Shown here one piece after another: positions 12,789-23,171 of a stretch of 64,000 bases of DNA. The stretch is from Candidatus Magasanikbacteria bacterium CG11_big_fil_rev_8_21_14_0_20_39_34 (lineage in GTDB: Bacteria > Patescibacteriota > Patescibacteriia > Magasanikbacterales > UBA922), in the NCBI GenBank assembly GCA_002787355.1, contig PCWN01000007.1:248996-312995 (forward strand). Reading direction: 5' to 3'. How positions within the stretch are numbered: position 1 is the first letter of the stretch; every line of letters starts with the position of its first letter. The notes beneath the pieces were generated by a model. The model saw only the letters and a list, made by a program, of their open reading frames with translations. It was not told the DNA's origin and made no database searches. The position numbers were made by a program, and so were the translations under genes.

Positions 12789-13295
12789 TTATTTTAATGA
12801 CGCAAGGATATCTTTAATATATTTTTCATCCTTTTTATCATTCAACTTCTCATGGATAATCTTCTCAACTGCAAGAACAACTAGCTCAATCGTCTCACGG
12901 CGCAAAGCATCTCGCATATCGGCTCTATCAATTTCTATATTCTTCTTTGCTTGTGCAATCAAAAGTTCAATTTCCTCTTTTGCCTTTTTCTTCATTTGTT
13001 CTCCTGCTCCCACTGCCTGTTGATGCGAATTTTCAACAATTTTATTGGCTTCAACTTTTGCATTATCAATAATATCCTGTGCCTTTTTTTCTGCCATCTG
13101 CAAATCAGTTTTTGACTTCTCATAGTTCTCCATTCCTTCTGTCATCTTACTTTGTCGTTCATCGATAACCTTCATGATGGGCTTAAATGCAAATTTTTTC
13201 AAAAGCCAGAAGACAACCAAAAAGTTAATAAGGTTGAAAAGTCCCATGTGCCATTCAAAACCAATTTTTCCAAGCGTTTCAAGTATATAATTCAT
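12789..13295 (-). CDS. atpF: ATP synthase b subunit
   Basis: N-terminal TM (INFLVVFWLLKKFAFKPI) followed by coiled coil. Confidence 0.94.
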   Translation of the reverse strand: MNYILETLGKIGFEWHMGLFNLINFLVVFWLLKKFAFKPIMKVIDERQSKMTEGMENYEKSKTDLQMAEKKAQDIIDNAKVEANKIVENSHQQAVGAGEQMKKKAKEEIELLIAQAKKNIEIDRADMRDALRRETIELVVLAVEKIIHEKLNDKKDEKYIKDILASLK

Positions 13296-13320
13296 ATATA
13301 AAAAATGCTAAATTATACGG

Positions 13321-13346
13321 ATTCATAACCCCCCAAGTTATGAATA
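13321..13346. promoter_or_regulatory. Intercistronic hairpin between atpE and atpF
   Basis: ATTCATAAC..GTTATGAAT inverted repeat; may stabilise atpE mRNA (inference). Confidence 0.4.
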
Positions 13347-13368
13347 CGCACAATGCGTATTCTTAACC

Positions 13369-13584
13369 TTAAATAAGAAAGAATGCCACAAAGGCGTAGA
13401 TAGCGGTAGATTCTGCAAGCGCAACACCAATAATCATTTTGGTGAAAAGGCTTCCTTCGATCTTAGGATTTCTCCCCATTGCCTCAAAGGCTTTTCCGAT
13501 GAGATATCCCTCGCCGATTGCTGAACCAAACATGGAAAGGGTGCAAATTCCCTTTGCAATAAGTCTTGCTGCTTCTAGTTCCAT
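13369..13584 (-). CDS. atpE: ATP synthase c subunit
   Basis: GRNP loop, LAESTAIY. Confidence 0.95.
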   Translation of the reverse strand: MELEAARLIAKGICTLSMFGSAIGEGYLIGKAFEAMGRNPKIEGSLFTKMIIGVALAESTAIYAFVAFFLI

Positions 13585-13624
13585 AGGACTATATTAAGTA
13601 ACTAAATAAAAATAAATAAACCAG

Positions 13625-14416
13625 TTATACTGTGACTTCCTCTTCTTTCTGTACCGCCAAACCGTAATATGCTGCAGTTAATGCTCCAAATACGAGCGCT
13701 TGCAACACTCCTACAAAAATATTCATAGCCAACCATGGGGCAGGTACCACCGCAGCAAAAGCCCCCAGCAATATGGCTGCAAGCATATCTCCCGCAAACA
13801 TATTTCCAAACAAACGTAAAGACAGTGAAATAACTTTTGCAAATTCAGAAACAATATCCAGAAGTCCAATCAAAAAATCGATTATCGCAATAAATCCTTC
13901 ACCAATACTTTTTTTAAATCCTTCATATACTCCCTTAAATTTAAAAAATTTTCCTAAATGCCCAAAAAAACCAAAGGTTTTCATACTTTCATATTGTGTC
14001 CAAAGTACCATAGCAAGAGCGATACTAAATGTAGTATTAAAGTCATTGGTTGGGGTACGGAAGATAGATATCCCTTCATAGGTGATCGAGGTCAGTCCAG
14101 GAATAAGCGCAATAGTATTTGAAAATGCAATAAAAATAAAAAGAGAACCAATGAGTGGAAGGAGCTTACGGGCAGCTTCTTTTCCACCAGCAATTGATTC
14201 TAATAGTCCCAAGAAGAGCTCAAAGATCATTTCTATCGCAGTTTGGAGCTTTGTTGGGGAAAGTTTTTTATGTTTTCGCAGCACTATCAGAAAAAGGATA
14301 AAAAGTAAGGTAACAAAAATGCTCATTATCATTGCATTTGTTACCTGAAGACTACCGATATGTGTGACGATCTCAGGTTGTACAGTTGGTTTTTCTGCTT
14401 GTACCTGGAAAAACAT
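13625..14416 (-). CDS. atpB: ATP synthase a subunit
   Basis: SLSLRLFGNMFAG, LQALVF. Confidence 0.95.
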   Translation of the reverse strand: MFFQVQAEKPTVQPEIVTHIGSLQVTNAMIMSIFVTLLFILFLIVLRKHKKLSPTKLQTAIEMIFELFLGLLESIAGGKEAARKLLPLIGSLFIFIAFSNTIALIPGLTSITYEGISIFRTPTNDFNTTFSIALAMVLWTQYESMKTFGFFGHLGKFFKFKGVYEGFKKSIGEGFIAIIDFLIGLLDIVSEFAKVISLSLRLFGNMFAGDMLAAILLGAFAAVVPAPWLAMNIFVGVLQALVFGALTAAYYGLAVQKEEEVTV

Positions 14417-14419
14417 AGT

Positions 14420-14707
14420 TTATTCTTTTTCTGAATTGAGAAGTTTTTCTTCCTCTTCTTGTACATCCAGCGCATCATATTGGCGTTGAAGTTTCAGATA
14501 GATTCTAATAGTGAGAACCCATGAAAGTATGAAACTTATCAAAAGTATACTGAGAGTTCCATAGGGCTTTATGGAGTAAGTTGTATCAATCCACTTCCCT
14601 ATGAAAAATGCTGCCAATGCTGGAAGAGCAAATATAGCCAGAATCTGAAACATCATTCTAAATGTTTTCTGGACGAGTTCTTCCTTTTTTTGGTATATAG
14701 TCTTCAT
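14420..14707 (-). CDS. AtpZ/AtpI-family membrane protein
   Basis: Two TMs with IGKWID..P motif, first gene of the atp operon. Confidence 0.75.
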   Translation of the reverse strand: MKTIYQKKEELVQKTFRMMFQILAIFALPALAAFFIGKWIDTTYSIKPYGTLSILLISFILSWVLTIRIYLKLQRQYDALDVQEEEEKLLNSEKE

Positions 14708-14802
14708 ATGAAAAACAGCGTTGAAAACGCCGGTATTATACAGATTTTATTTAAATAGGTCAAGTATTTTTTTAAATAAGTTTTTGTGTATAACTCTCAT
14801 CT

Positions 14803-15261
14803 TCAGCTTTTGCCTTGCTTTAGCGCTAAATCTTTAGAAAATAGTATCCTGTTCTCTTGTACAGACTCTGCCGGTTCTACCGAAACAATACAAAAACCAT
14901 GAGAAACGAGATAGGAAAGCATCTCACGCCTTGAGTTGCGAGTTTTTATCGTCATATGTGAATACCCCCTTTTTTGAGCAAAATCAATTCCAAAATCTAT
15001 CATTGCACTCAAAATGCCCTTCCTTCTATATTCTGGGTTTACTCCTGCCATCCAACAGTAAAATGCCCCATCCCCTTCTTTATCATACCATACGCTATAT
15101 CCTATTGGTTCGTCACCTTCATACGCACACAAAAAAAGTGAAGTCTTCCCCTGACAACGTTGTAAAAAATATTCTTCATCAAATGTCCCTGTATCGGTAA
15201 ATTCCTTTACGGTTCTATTTACTCTTACAATGTCTCCAATAGGAGATTCTCTTACTATCAT
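14803..15261 (-). CDS. GNAT acetyltransferase
   Basis: GVNPEYRRKGI acetyl-CoA motif. Confidence 0.85.
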   Translation of the reverse strand: MIVRESPIGDIVRVNRTVKEFTDTGTFDEEYFLQRCQGKTSLFLCAYEGDEPIGYSVWYDKEGDGAFYCWMAGVNPEYRRKGILSAMIDFGIDFAQKRGYSHMTIKTRNSRREMLSYLVSHGFCIVSVEPAESVQENRILFSKDLALKQGKS

Positions 15262-16100
15262 AGAGGAAGCTGAAAAAGAGTTTTTGCATTTTGGGTGGTT
15301 ATTTTTTCCGCTTCTTCATATGAAAGCTCACGTACCTTTGCAAACATCCGTACAACCTCTTCTACCAAAAAAGGTTCATTCCGTTTTCCACGATTGATTT
15401 GTGGAGTAAGGTATGGTGAATCTGTCTCCACCACAACCCGGTCCAAAGGGATCTTGTTTACCACCTCCAATAGCCATTCCTGTGGTAAAGGATCTGTTTT
15501 CTTGGGTGGAAAAGTAATAACCCCCGTAAATCCTAAGTAAAATCCCATATCTAAATACTTTTCTGCATGATCCCAATTACTGGTATAACAATGAATGGTG
15601 CCTTTTGGAAGTACCTCTAACTGAGAAAGCATCTCTATCAACTCGTCATGTGCATCTCTACAATGAATAACCATGGGAAGATTATGCAGAAGGGCAAAAC
15701 GTATATGATCCTGAAAAACAGATCTTTGTTTTTCTAAAACCTCTTCTTTGGATATATCTTTTGGAATATGGAAAAGATCCAAACCACACTCTCCTATTGC
15801 AATGACTTTTTCATGTTTGGCAAGATCTGCGTAATAGTCCCAATCAAAACTTTCCTCACGGGAAAGAAAGCTACTTTCTTCTTCATCTACGTGCGTAGAA
15901 TGAAGATGAATAGGATGAGTCCCAATACTCGCATAAATATTTTCGTATTGTTCTGCAAGCTCAACCGCCATTCTACTCGTGTCTTTCTGTGTGCCAACCA
16001 TATTCATGAGAACTCCTTTTTCCAAGGATTTTTTCAGCACGGCCTCTCTATCATTTTTGTAGGCTTGAAATTGTATATGACAATGCGTATCAAATAACAT
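15258..16100 (-). CDS. tatD: TatD-family nuclease
   Basis: DTHCH, IGECGLD, IHCRDA, ETDSPY. Confidence 0.93.
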   Translation of the reverse strand: MLFDTHCHIQFQAYKNDREAVLKKSLEKGVLMNMVGTQKDTSRMAVELAEQYENIYASIGTHPIHLHSTHVDEEESSFLSREESFDWDYYADLAKHEKVIAIGECGLDLFHIPKDISKEEVLEKQRSVFQDHIRFALLHNLPMVIHCRDAHDELIEMLSQLEVLPKGTIHCYTSNWDHAEKYLDMGFYLGFTGVITFPPKKTDPLPQEWLLEVVNKIPLDRVVVETDSPYLTPQINRGKRNEPFLVEEVVRMFAKVRELSYEEAEKITTQNAKTLFQLPL

Positions 16101-16103
16101 AGA

Positions 16104-17891
16104 TTATTCTTCTATTTCAAAGTGAAAATCTTTATATTCATTCCCATCAAGTTTACTTTTGCTCAGAAAATCATCCATAAATAGTTTTGATTCATTTTCA
16201 TCCATCAAGTCCACCTGACTTTCAACACTTTTCAATGGGAAGGGATAAACAGAAATACTTTTTCCATCTAAAAGAATACCAACACTCAGTCCTTCCTGCG
16301 TTTCTTTTGAAAAATATTGATCAAACACAAAATTTCCCAACGAATAAAATATAGGCCTATTGTGATATATTTCCATTTCTTCTACAACATGTGGATGATG
16401 CCCTATGACCATATCTGCCCCAGCATCTATAAAAGTATGTGCAAGCATTTGTTGGCGAGTATTTGAAATATTTTTATATTCTACACCCCAATGAATATTT
16501 ATTATTATATAATCTACTTCAGAACGAAGGTCTTTCAAGAGCGACTCCATATCGGACACACGAAGTGGTGTAAGCGTATCATCAACACCCACAAAAGCAA
16601 TCTTTTTTTGTGAAATTTCTTTTATAAAAACTGAATCCGTTTTTGAAATTTGCAATGGTTTTCCGTAAAAATCTATGCCAGCATTTGCAAGATTTTTCTT
16701 TGACTCCTCAAAACCTGCACTCCCCATGTCTAAACTATGGTTGTTGGCAAGATTAAAGAGATTGAAATGATACTGTGTCAACATTGGAATAAGTTCTGGT
16801 TCAAATCGGAAAGCAATACTTTTACTGGTAGCCCGTCGAGTATCCGCAAAGGGACCTTCCAAATTTGCAGCGAGAATATCTTGACCAACAAACAGTCCTT
16901 TTTGAGGTTGAGTAATTTTGCTCAAAGGATATTCACTCCCAAAATTTTTGATATGATTTGCGACGTTTCTATCGAGCATAAGGTCACCAAAATTTACTAA
17001 AGAAATCATCACCTGCTCAAGCTTTTCCCCGTCCCCAAACAAGAATTCATTGGAGGAATTCCCTTCATAAAGAACCTTTTGTGATCTAAGTTGTTCCATC
17101 AACTGCAAAAAGAGATATTCTTCAGGAAGCATTTTTGGTTCCTGCATATCAAAAGAAAAATTCCGGAGAGCATGCAAAGCTTTTTCTTTCTGGAAAAAAG
17201 ATACTGATGCATTATCATATTTTGGATACTGTACTGATGATATAACCACAGAATCTTTAGGCAGTTCCTCTGCTAACTTTTTGGCAAGTTCACGAAGAGA
17301 ATCTTCCGAAAATGACTCTCCAAGTAATACAGAAACTATCCGAGCTTTCGGCAAAAATTTTGCAATTGGTGGAATGAAAAAATTCATTTCCTGATTCTGT
17401 ACAAATACAGAATCATTTTTTTCTAATGAAAATTCTTCAGAAATATTGTTTACAATTTTTCTATCTGAGCGAAGCAGCCCATATTCTGTTACAAAGTCAA
17501 AATCGGTGACATATGCCTTTGTCTGCGAATAAGAAGATCCAGCAGCCCCTAAAATAACAATGACTGATGGATGTTGCCCTGCAAGTTCTTTGGCAAAAGA
17601 AGGAAACATATCTTGTGAACTACTCGCAAAAGTAAAAATACCTCCACGTATATCTGCAGGAAATGGTGGAAGTGTAAATGGATTTTCCGGTTCTCTCCCT
17701 TGTGGAGTAATAGGAATCTCCCCTTTTGGCGTGTAATGATAGGGATTGAGTTGCAATATTGCCTGAGAAAATGCCGTCTGTGCCTCGAGGGAACGTACCC
17801 AAAAAGTAGCCGCAGCACTAACTGCCAAAAAAATGACTAAAACCAATGAGAGGAGACGAATGTATCTTTTACCAATGTGTGTATAGGACAT
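16104..17891 (-). CDS. Membrane-anchored Memo-like + CapA/PGA_cap metallophosphoesterase fusion
   Basis: N-terminal TM; Memo-like region (T.YG..RSD, LPKARIVSVLL); C-terminal GDLMLDR, ANLEG, LANNHSLD, HWGVEY, GHHPHV, YSLGNFVFDQ. Confidence 0.82.
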   Translation of the reverse strand: MSYTHIGKRYIRLLSLVLVIFLAVSAAATFWVRSLEAQTAFSQAILQLNPYHYTPKGEIPITPQGREPENPFTLPPFPADIRGGIFTFASSSQDMFPSFAKELAGQHPSVIVILGAAGSSYSQTKAYVTDFDFVTEYGLLRSDRKIVNNISEEFSLEKNDSVFVQNQEMNFFIPPIAKFLPKARIVSVLLGESFSEDSLRELAKKLAEELPKDSVVISSVQYPKYDNASVSFFQKEKALHALRNFSFDMQEPKMLPEEYLFLQLMEQLRSQKVLYEGNSSNEFLFGDGEKLEQVMISLVNFGDLMLDRNVANHIKNFGSEYPLSKITQPQKGLFVGQDILAANLEGPFADTRRATSKSIAFRFEPELIPMLTQYHFNLFNLANNHSLDMGSAGFEESKKNLANAGIDFYGKPLQISKTDSVFIKEISQKKIAFVGVDDTLTPLRVSDMESLLKDLRSEVDYIIINIHWGVEYKNISNTRQQMLAHTFIDAGADMVIGHHPHVVEEMEIYHNRPIFYSLGNFVFDQYFSKETQEGLSVGILLDGKSISVYPFPLKSVESQVDLMDENESKLFMDDFLSKSKLDGNEYKDFHFEIEE

Positions 17892-17949
17892 GCTATAACA
17901 TTAAAATATATTCAATATAACTGACGTCAAAGAAAAAGAGAATCTTACA

Positions 17950-18489
17950 TTACGGTAATACTACACCTTCTACATAATTGACACTTGATTCTATAATTTT
18001 GAGTGCTGCTGGAAAAAGTGGCCACAAAACAGCACCAATCTCTATGGCAACCGGAGCAAATTGAGAACTTCCCAGAGCGTCAGTAAGATGTTCATTTATG
18101 GGGAAACGCTCAATGAAGTACAGAATAATACCAATAGAAATAACTCCTTCAAAAAAACCAAGTGCCAGTCCTAAAAGCCTATTTATTGATTTTATAAAAG
18201 GTAATCTTGTAACGACATGCAATACTTTGTCTATAAAGAAAAAAGCAAGTCCTACTAATCTATTGATGACAATAAAGGCAACAATGAAAGTGGTTACCTT
18301 TGGCCAATTACTCCCCCAACCAGTAACATGAACAATCCAACTTGCAACAGGTTCGTAGTAATGACTCGACAGGTACACTCCAAGGATGGTTCCAAGAAGA
18401 CTGCCCAAGGTATGGATAAAACCAAACCAAAAACCAAATAATGCAAATCCTCCTACAACAACAAGGATAATTATATCGAGGAGTTCCAT
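17950..18489 (-). CDS. CvpA (colicin V production) family membrane protein
   Basis: LDIIIL..GFWFGF, NRLLGLALG. Confidence 0.8.
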   Translation of the reverse strand: MELLDIIILVVVGGFALFGFWFGFIHTLGSLLGTILGVYLSSHYYEPVASWIVHVTGWGSNWPKVTTFIVAFIVINRLVGLAFFFIDKVLHVVTRLPFIKSINRLLGLALGFFEGVISIGIILYFIERFPINEHLTDALGSSQFAPVAIEIGAVLWPLFPAALKIIESSVNYVEGVVLP

Positions 18490-18524
18490 ATTTTTTTGTG
18501 TTTAAACAAAATTAAAAATAGGTA

Positions 18525-20027
18525 TTATGACTCCAAACGCTTAAAAAGGATCTCCCCTTTTGTCACTTCATTCCCCTTTGCAAGAACTCCCCATGCACGT
18601 GCTTGTTCTCCTTGTATTTGTTCGTGTGAAATATGAAGACTTTTTAATATATTTTCAGCAGATTCTGGAAGAAGTGGAAAAAAAGCAATTGCAAGATGTC
18701 TCAAGGATTCCACAAGAACATACAAAAGTGCATCAATGGATTCTCCATTCTTTGCTTTTTCCCAAGGTTTTTCTTCAGATATTTTTGCATCACATTTTGC
18801 GACAAAGCTATTGAGTTCGCGTACAACCTCATCAAAAGAAAATTTTCCAAAAGATTTATCATATCGCCCCCAAAAAGCCCGCACATCAAAAATATCCTCA
18901 CTCTTTTCTGGAATCTTTCCATCACTGTACTTTTCAATCATGGTCAGGATTCTGGAAGTAAGATTTCCTAAACCATTTACCAAATGAGCGGTGTAAAATT
19001 CTTCAAAACGCCTTGTCGAAAAGTCTCCATCCTCATAGGATGGAAGAGCTCCCAAAAGGTAAAAACGCACAGGATCAGTCCCATATTTTTCTACTACATC
19101 CACTGGATTTACCACATTCCCGAGGCTTTTACTCATCTTTTGTCCTTCACTGGTAATAAATCCATGGATAAAAATCTGCTTAGAACTTTCCAGTCCGGCA
19201 GAAAGCAACATTGCCTGCCACATCGCAGATTGCTGTCTTAAGTTATCCTTTCCTGCTACCTGAACTCCCGGCCAATAGGCTCTAAAGTTTTCCTCATCCT
19301 CTGGCCATCCAAGTGTGGAAATATAGTTTACCAAGGCATCAAACCAAACATACATAACATGCGTATCGTCTCCAGGCACAGGAACTCCCCATGGCATTTT
19401 TTCTTTTAATCGTGAAATACTAAAATCCTGTAAACCACCCTCAACAAATTTTCGTATTTCATCCAATCTATGTGCTGGTACTACAAAATCTGGACGTTCA
19501 GAATAGAGTTGCAAAAGTTTCTCTTGGAAAGCGGAAAAACGGAAAAAATAATTCTCCTCTTCTATAAGCTCAATATCGTACTTGATATGCAGCGGACATT
19601 TTCCATCTACCAACTCCGAGTCTGTTTTTTCTAATTCACAACCAACACAATATTTTACTTGATAATTTTTTTTGTAGATATCTCCATTTGCATCACACCG
19701 TTTCCAAAATTCTTGTGCCGCTTGTTTGTGATGAGGATCCGTTGTACGAATAAAATTTGTATAACTGAGATTCAATAACTCGCGCAAAGAATGAAAACGC
19801 GCAGCATATTGATCACAATAGTCTTGAGTATCAATACCCATTTCTTCTGCCTTTCGGTGAATTTTTAGCCCATGCTCGTCCGTACCGGTATTAAATACAA
19901 CCTCTTTTCCAAGAAGTCTTTCATACCGAACCAGAGCATCCGCTTGTATCATTTCCAAAGCAAATCCAATATGTGGGTCTGCATTTACATAGGGCAAGGT
20001 GGTTGTAAGATAATATTTTTCTTTCAT
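18525..20027 (-). CDS. metG: Methionyl-tRNA synthetase
   Basis: PYVNADPHIG, YVWFDAL, KMSKS. Confidence 0.96.
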   Translation of the reverse strand: MKEKYYLTTTLPYVNADPHIGFALEMIQADALVRYERLLGKEVVFNTGTDEHGLKIHRKAEEMGIDTQDYCDQYAARFHSLRELLNLSYTNFIRTTDPHHKQAAQEFWKRCDANGDIYKKNYQVKYCVGCELEKTDSELVDGKCPLHIKYDIELIEEENYFFRFSAFQEKLLQLYSERPDFVVPAHRLDEIRKFVEGGLQDFSISRLKEKMPWGVPVPGDDTHVMYVWFDALVNYISTLGWPEDEENFRAYWPGVQVAGKDNLRQQSAMWQAMLLSAGLESSKQIFIHGFITSEGQKMSKSLGNVVNPVDVVEKYGTDPVRFYLLGALPSYEDGDFSTRRFEEFYTAHLVNGLGNLTSRILTMIEKYSDGKIPEKSEDIFDVRAFWGRYDKSFGKFSFDEVVRELNSFVAKCDAKISEEKPWEKAKNGESIDALLYVLVESLRHLAIAFFPLLPESAENILKSLHISHEQIQGEQARAWGVLAKGNEVTKGEILFKRLES

Positions 20028-20052
20028 ATTAAGTGTAGATCGAATAAGGTTC

Positions 20053-20745
20053 TTAAGTATTATACCCCTTTGGACTTACCACAAGGACAAACTCCCCCTT
20101 ATCCGGGATATCCAGAGAGAGTATATCTGAAAGCGTTCCCCTATAGATGCTCTCAAACTTTTTTGTAAGCTCCCGACACACCACCATGGTCCTGTTTTCA
20201 TCAAGCACCTCACTCATTTCCTGTAGACATTTTTTTATTCTATGACTTGATTCAAAAAAGGATACTGTATATTTTGATTCAGATACTTCCTCTAAAAATT
20301 TCCTTCGCTTATTTTTGTGGGGAATAAAACCTAAAAAGAGAAACTTATCTGTAGGGAATCCTGATACTGCAAGTGCTGCAGTAAGAGAACTTGCACCAGG
20401 AATGGGCACAATGTCTATTGCTTCTTCTCCTCTATATTTATTGGTAATGTAGTCTATCAAGACGTTCCCAGGGTCACTTATACCTGGGGTCCCAGCATCG
20501 CTTACCAAGGCAAGGTTTTTTCCTTGTGATAAAAGATCACAAATATGCTGAATTTTTTGATCATTACTGTGGTGATGATAACTCTGCGTTGAGACAGAAA
20601 TTTCATACCTATTCAGGATCTTTTGGGTCACACGTGTATCCTCACACAAAACCAGGTCTACCGTTTTGAGGATCTCCAAAGCACGAAGCGTAATATCTTC
20701 GAGATTTCCAATAGGTGTTGAAACAATATAGAGTGTACCAAACAT
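20053..20745 (-). CDS. rsmI: 16S rRNA C1402 2'-O-methyltransferase
   Basis: TPIGNLEDIT, SDAGTPGISDPG, RELTKKFE; likely start 20745. Confidence 0.95.
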   Translation of the reverse strand: MFGTLYIVSTPIGNLEDITLRALEILKTVDLVLCEDTRVTQKILNRYEISVSTQSYHHHSNDQKIQHICDLLSQGKNLALVSDAGTPGISDPGNVLIDYITNKYRGEEAIDIVPIPGASSLTAALAVSGFPTDKFLFLGFIPHKNKRRKFLEEVSESKYTVSFFESSHRIKKCLQEMSEVLDENRTMVVCRELTKKFESIYRGTLSDILSLDIPDKGEFVLVVSPKGYNT

Positions 20746-20837
20746 ATGCCAAATAGTACCAAATTTAGTGCATTTTTGCAAATATAGGAAAAGATAAAAA
20801 AATTTGTTATACTATATGAGTCATTTATCAGTATTTT

Positions 20838-23162
20838 ATGAATAAAAAACACATTCTTCCCGTACTTTCTTTGACTCTTGTTTCGAGTCTGTTTCCTCTT
20901 TTGCAAGCCCTTGCCATAGATGAGGCTGCTTTTAATCCAAACTTTATCATTTCAGATGAGCAACTCGAAGACTCAGACAGCATGAGTAGACGAGATATTC
21001 AAATTTTTTTAGATGATAAAAATAGCACGCTTGCCAACTATTTTACAGAAGATGCAAATGGAAAACGAACGAAAGCATCTGAAATTATCTATGAAGCAGC
21101 CCAAGAATACAAAATAAATCCAAAATATATTTTGGTAAAACTCCAAAAGGAACAAAGTCTTATCACCGACCCAACTCCAACACAGAAACAGCTAGATTGG
21201 GCGGCAGGATATGGAGTCTGTGATAGCTGCAGTATGTCCGACCCAAAAATTCAGAAATTTAAAGGTTTTGGAAAACAAGTTGATAATGCCGCAGGTATCA
21301 TGCGCTGGTACTATGAAAATACAGATACTCAGTCTTGGATTCATAAACCATTTGTGGACTATATTATTGATGGTCAAAATGTGAGTCCTCAAACACAGGC
21401 AACGGCATTTCTCTATACCTACACTCCACATATACATGGAAATCTTAATTTTTGGAAACTTTGGAATGAGTGGTTTAACCAAACCTACCCCAGTGGGACT
21501 CTTCTCAAAGCCATCGGGAGTCCAGACGTATTTCTTATCCAAGATGGAAAAAAACGAAAAATCACAAACTTTCGTGCTCTCATTACACGTTTTGACCCCA
21601 AACTTATTGTAGAGGTCCCCTCTCTTGAACTTTCAACCTATGCAGATGGAGTTCCTATTTCTTTTGCAAACTATTCTATACTTTTTGATGGTGAAAACTA
21701 CTTTCTGCTTGATAATGATTATCTCAGGCCGTTTGCCAGTGCTGAGGTAGTTCGAAAACTTGGATATAATCCAGATGAAATTATCTCTGTAAACAAAAGT
21801 GACCTTGAGGGATACCCAATGAGTGCTCAAATAACCACCTCAAGTGCATCAAACCCTGCTGGGAAAGTCATTGAGCTCAACCAAAAAGGGAGACTCTACT
21901 TCCTCAAAGATGGTGTTTACCACTTTATTCCCAATAAGCAAGTCGCAGAATCAAACTTCCCCGGATATATCCCCGAGAAAGCAGACCTAAGTATTCTTGA
22001 TACGTTTCAGGAAGGAAAGACGTTAGGATTTAAAGATGGTACACTCATTCAGGTGCAAGGGTTTAATAAAATTTATGTCATTGAAAATGGAAAAAAACGT
22101 CATATACCCAATGAAAAAGTTTTCTTGAGTCTTGGATATAAATGGGAAAATGTCATTCCCACAGATTTAGAAACTTCTCTTCTTCATGAAGACGGTCTTC
22201 CAATAGAAGGAAAGCAACAAACCGTGGCACTTCAACCGGCTTCTCTCTCCTCCAATATAACAATAACTCCAACACCAAATTCTCCATCCCCTACACCTAC
22301 TCAACAAAATCCTTTGCCCACACCAACAAAAAATGGCCTGCCTGTTTTTCAAGAAACTGGAATAATGTATGAAACTCCTGGAGTCCCATCCTTTGTAGGA
22401 ACTCCTTATGACACAAAGATAGATTCCTATCTAATTGCAGATTATGATTCTCTGCAAATTCTTGAAGGAAAAAATGTTGACTCACCACGTCCACTTGCTT
22501 CTCTTACCAAAGTTATGGCAGCATATACCATGCTCGAAGAAGGTCTAGATCGGTCTACCGTGTCTATTTATGATGGAAGTAGGCACAAGGCAAGTTACCA
22601 CCGTTTTCGTATCCAAAATGGAGAAGCAATACGAAACCAGGACTTACTGTACTCAATGCTTGTTTCTTCTCTCAATACCCCTTCTATCATGCTGGCAGAT
22701 AGTCTCGCGACCCCAGACATTGTTGTTTCAAAGATGAATGCGAATGCAAAAAATTGGAATCTTAGCCACTCACAATTTGCAGATACATCAGGACTTGATC
22801 TACAAAATTTTTCTACAGCACGTGAGTATCTTTCCCTTTTCAAAAATACTCTGGAAAATAAAGAACTCAAACGCATCCTCAGTCTTGCATCCTATGAATA
22901 TGAAGAGGTCATAGACAAAGATACTCTAAAAATGCACCAAGATACACATTCTAATCAGTTGAAAGCAAAAACGGATCTCCCATTTACCATTACTGCAAGT
23001 AAAACCGGGTACCTCTACGAATCTGGTTTTAATCTTACCATGGTAGTTCAATCTAAACTTACACAAAAGAAATATATAATTATACTTCTGGGAAATCCAG
23101 ACTACACCAATAGATTCAAAGATGCAGAAGCCTTCGCTCGATGGGCTCTTGCTCAGCAATAA
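20838..23162 (+). CDS. Secreted multidomain cell-wall protein with C-terminal D-Ala-D-Ala carboxypeptidase (S11)
   Basis: Signal peptide; lysozyme-like N-terminal region (LQKEQSLI, YTYTPH); repeats; Pro/Thr linker; SLTK, SLN, KTG motifs. Confidence 0.8.
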   Translation: MNKKHILPVLSLTLVSSLFPLLQALAIDEAAFNPNFIISDEQLEDSDSMSRRDIQIFLDDKNSTLANYFTEDANGKRTKASEIIYEAAQEYKINPKYILVKLQKEQSLITDPTPTQKQLDWAAGYGVCDSCSMSDPKIQKFKGFGKQVDNAAGIMRWYYENTDTQSWIHKPFVDYIIDGQNVSPQTQATAFLYTYTPHIHGNLNFWKLWNEWFNQTYPSGTLLKAIGSPDVFLIQDGKKRKITNFRALITRFDPKLIVEVPSLELSTYADGVPISFANYSILFDGENYFLLDNDYLRPFASAEVVRKLGYNPDEIISVNKSDLEGYPMSAQITTSSASNPAGKVIELNQKGRLYFLKDGVYHFIPNKQVAESNFPGYIPEKADLSILDTFQEGKTLGFKDGTLIQVQGFNKIYVIENGKKRHIPNEKVFLSLGYKWENVIPTDLETSLLHEDGLPIEGKQQTVALQPASLSSNITITPTPNSPSPTPTQQNPLPTPTKNGLPVFQETGIMYETPGVPSFVGTPYDTKIDSYLIADYDSLQILEGKNVDSPRPLASLTKVMAAYTMLEEGLDRSTVSIYDGSRHKASYHRFRIQNGEAIRNQDLLYSMLVSSLNTPSIMLADSLATPDIVVSKMNANAKNWNLSHSQFADTSGLDLQNFSTAREYLSLFKNTLENKELKRILSLASYEYEEVIDKDTLKMHQDTHSNQLKAKTDLPFTITASKTGYLYESGFNLTMVVQSKLTQKKYIIILLGNPDYTNRFKDAEAFARWALAQQ

Positions 23163-23171
23163 TAAACATGT

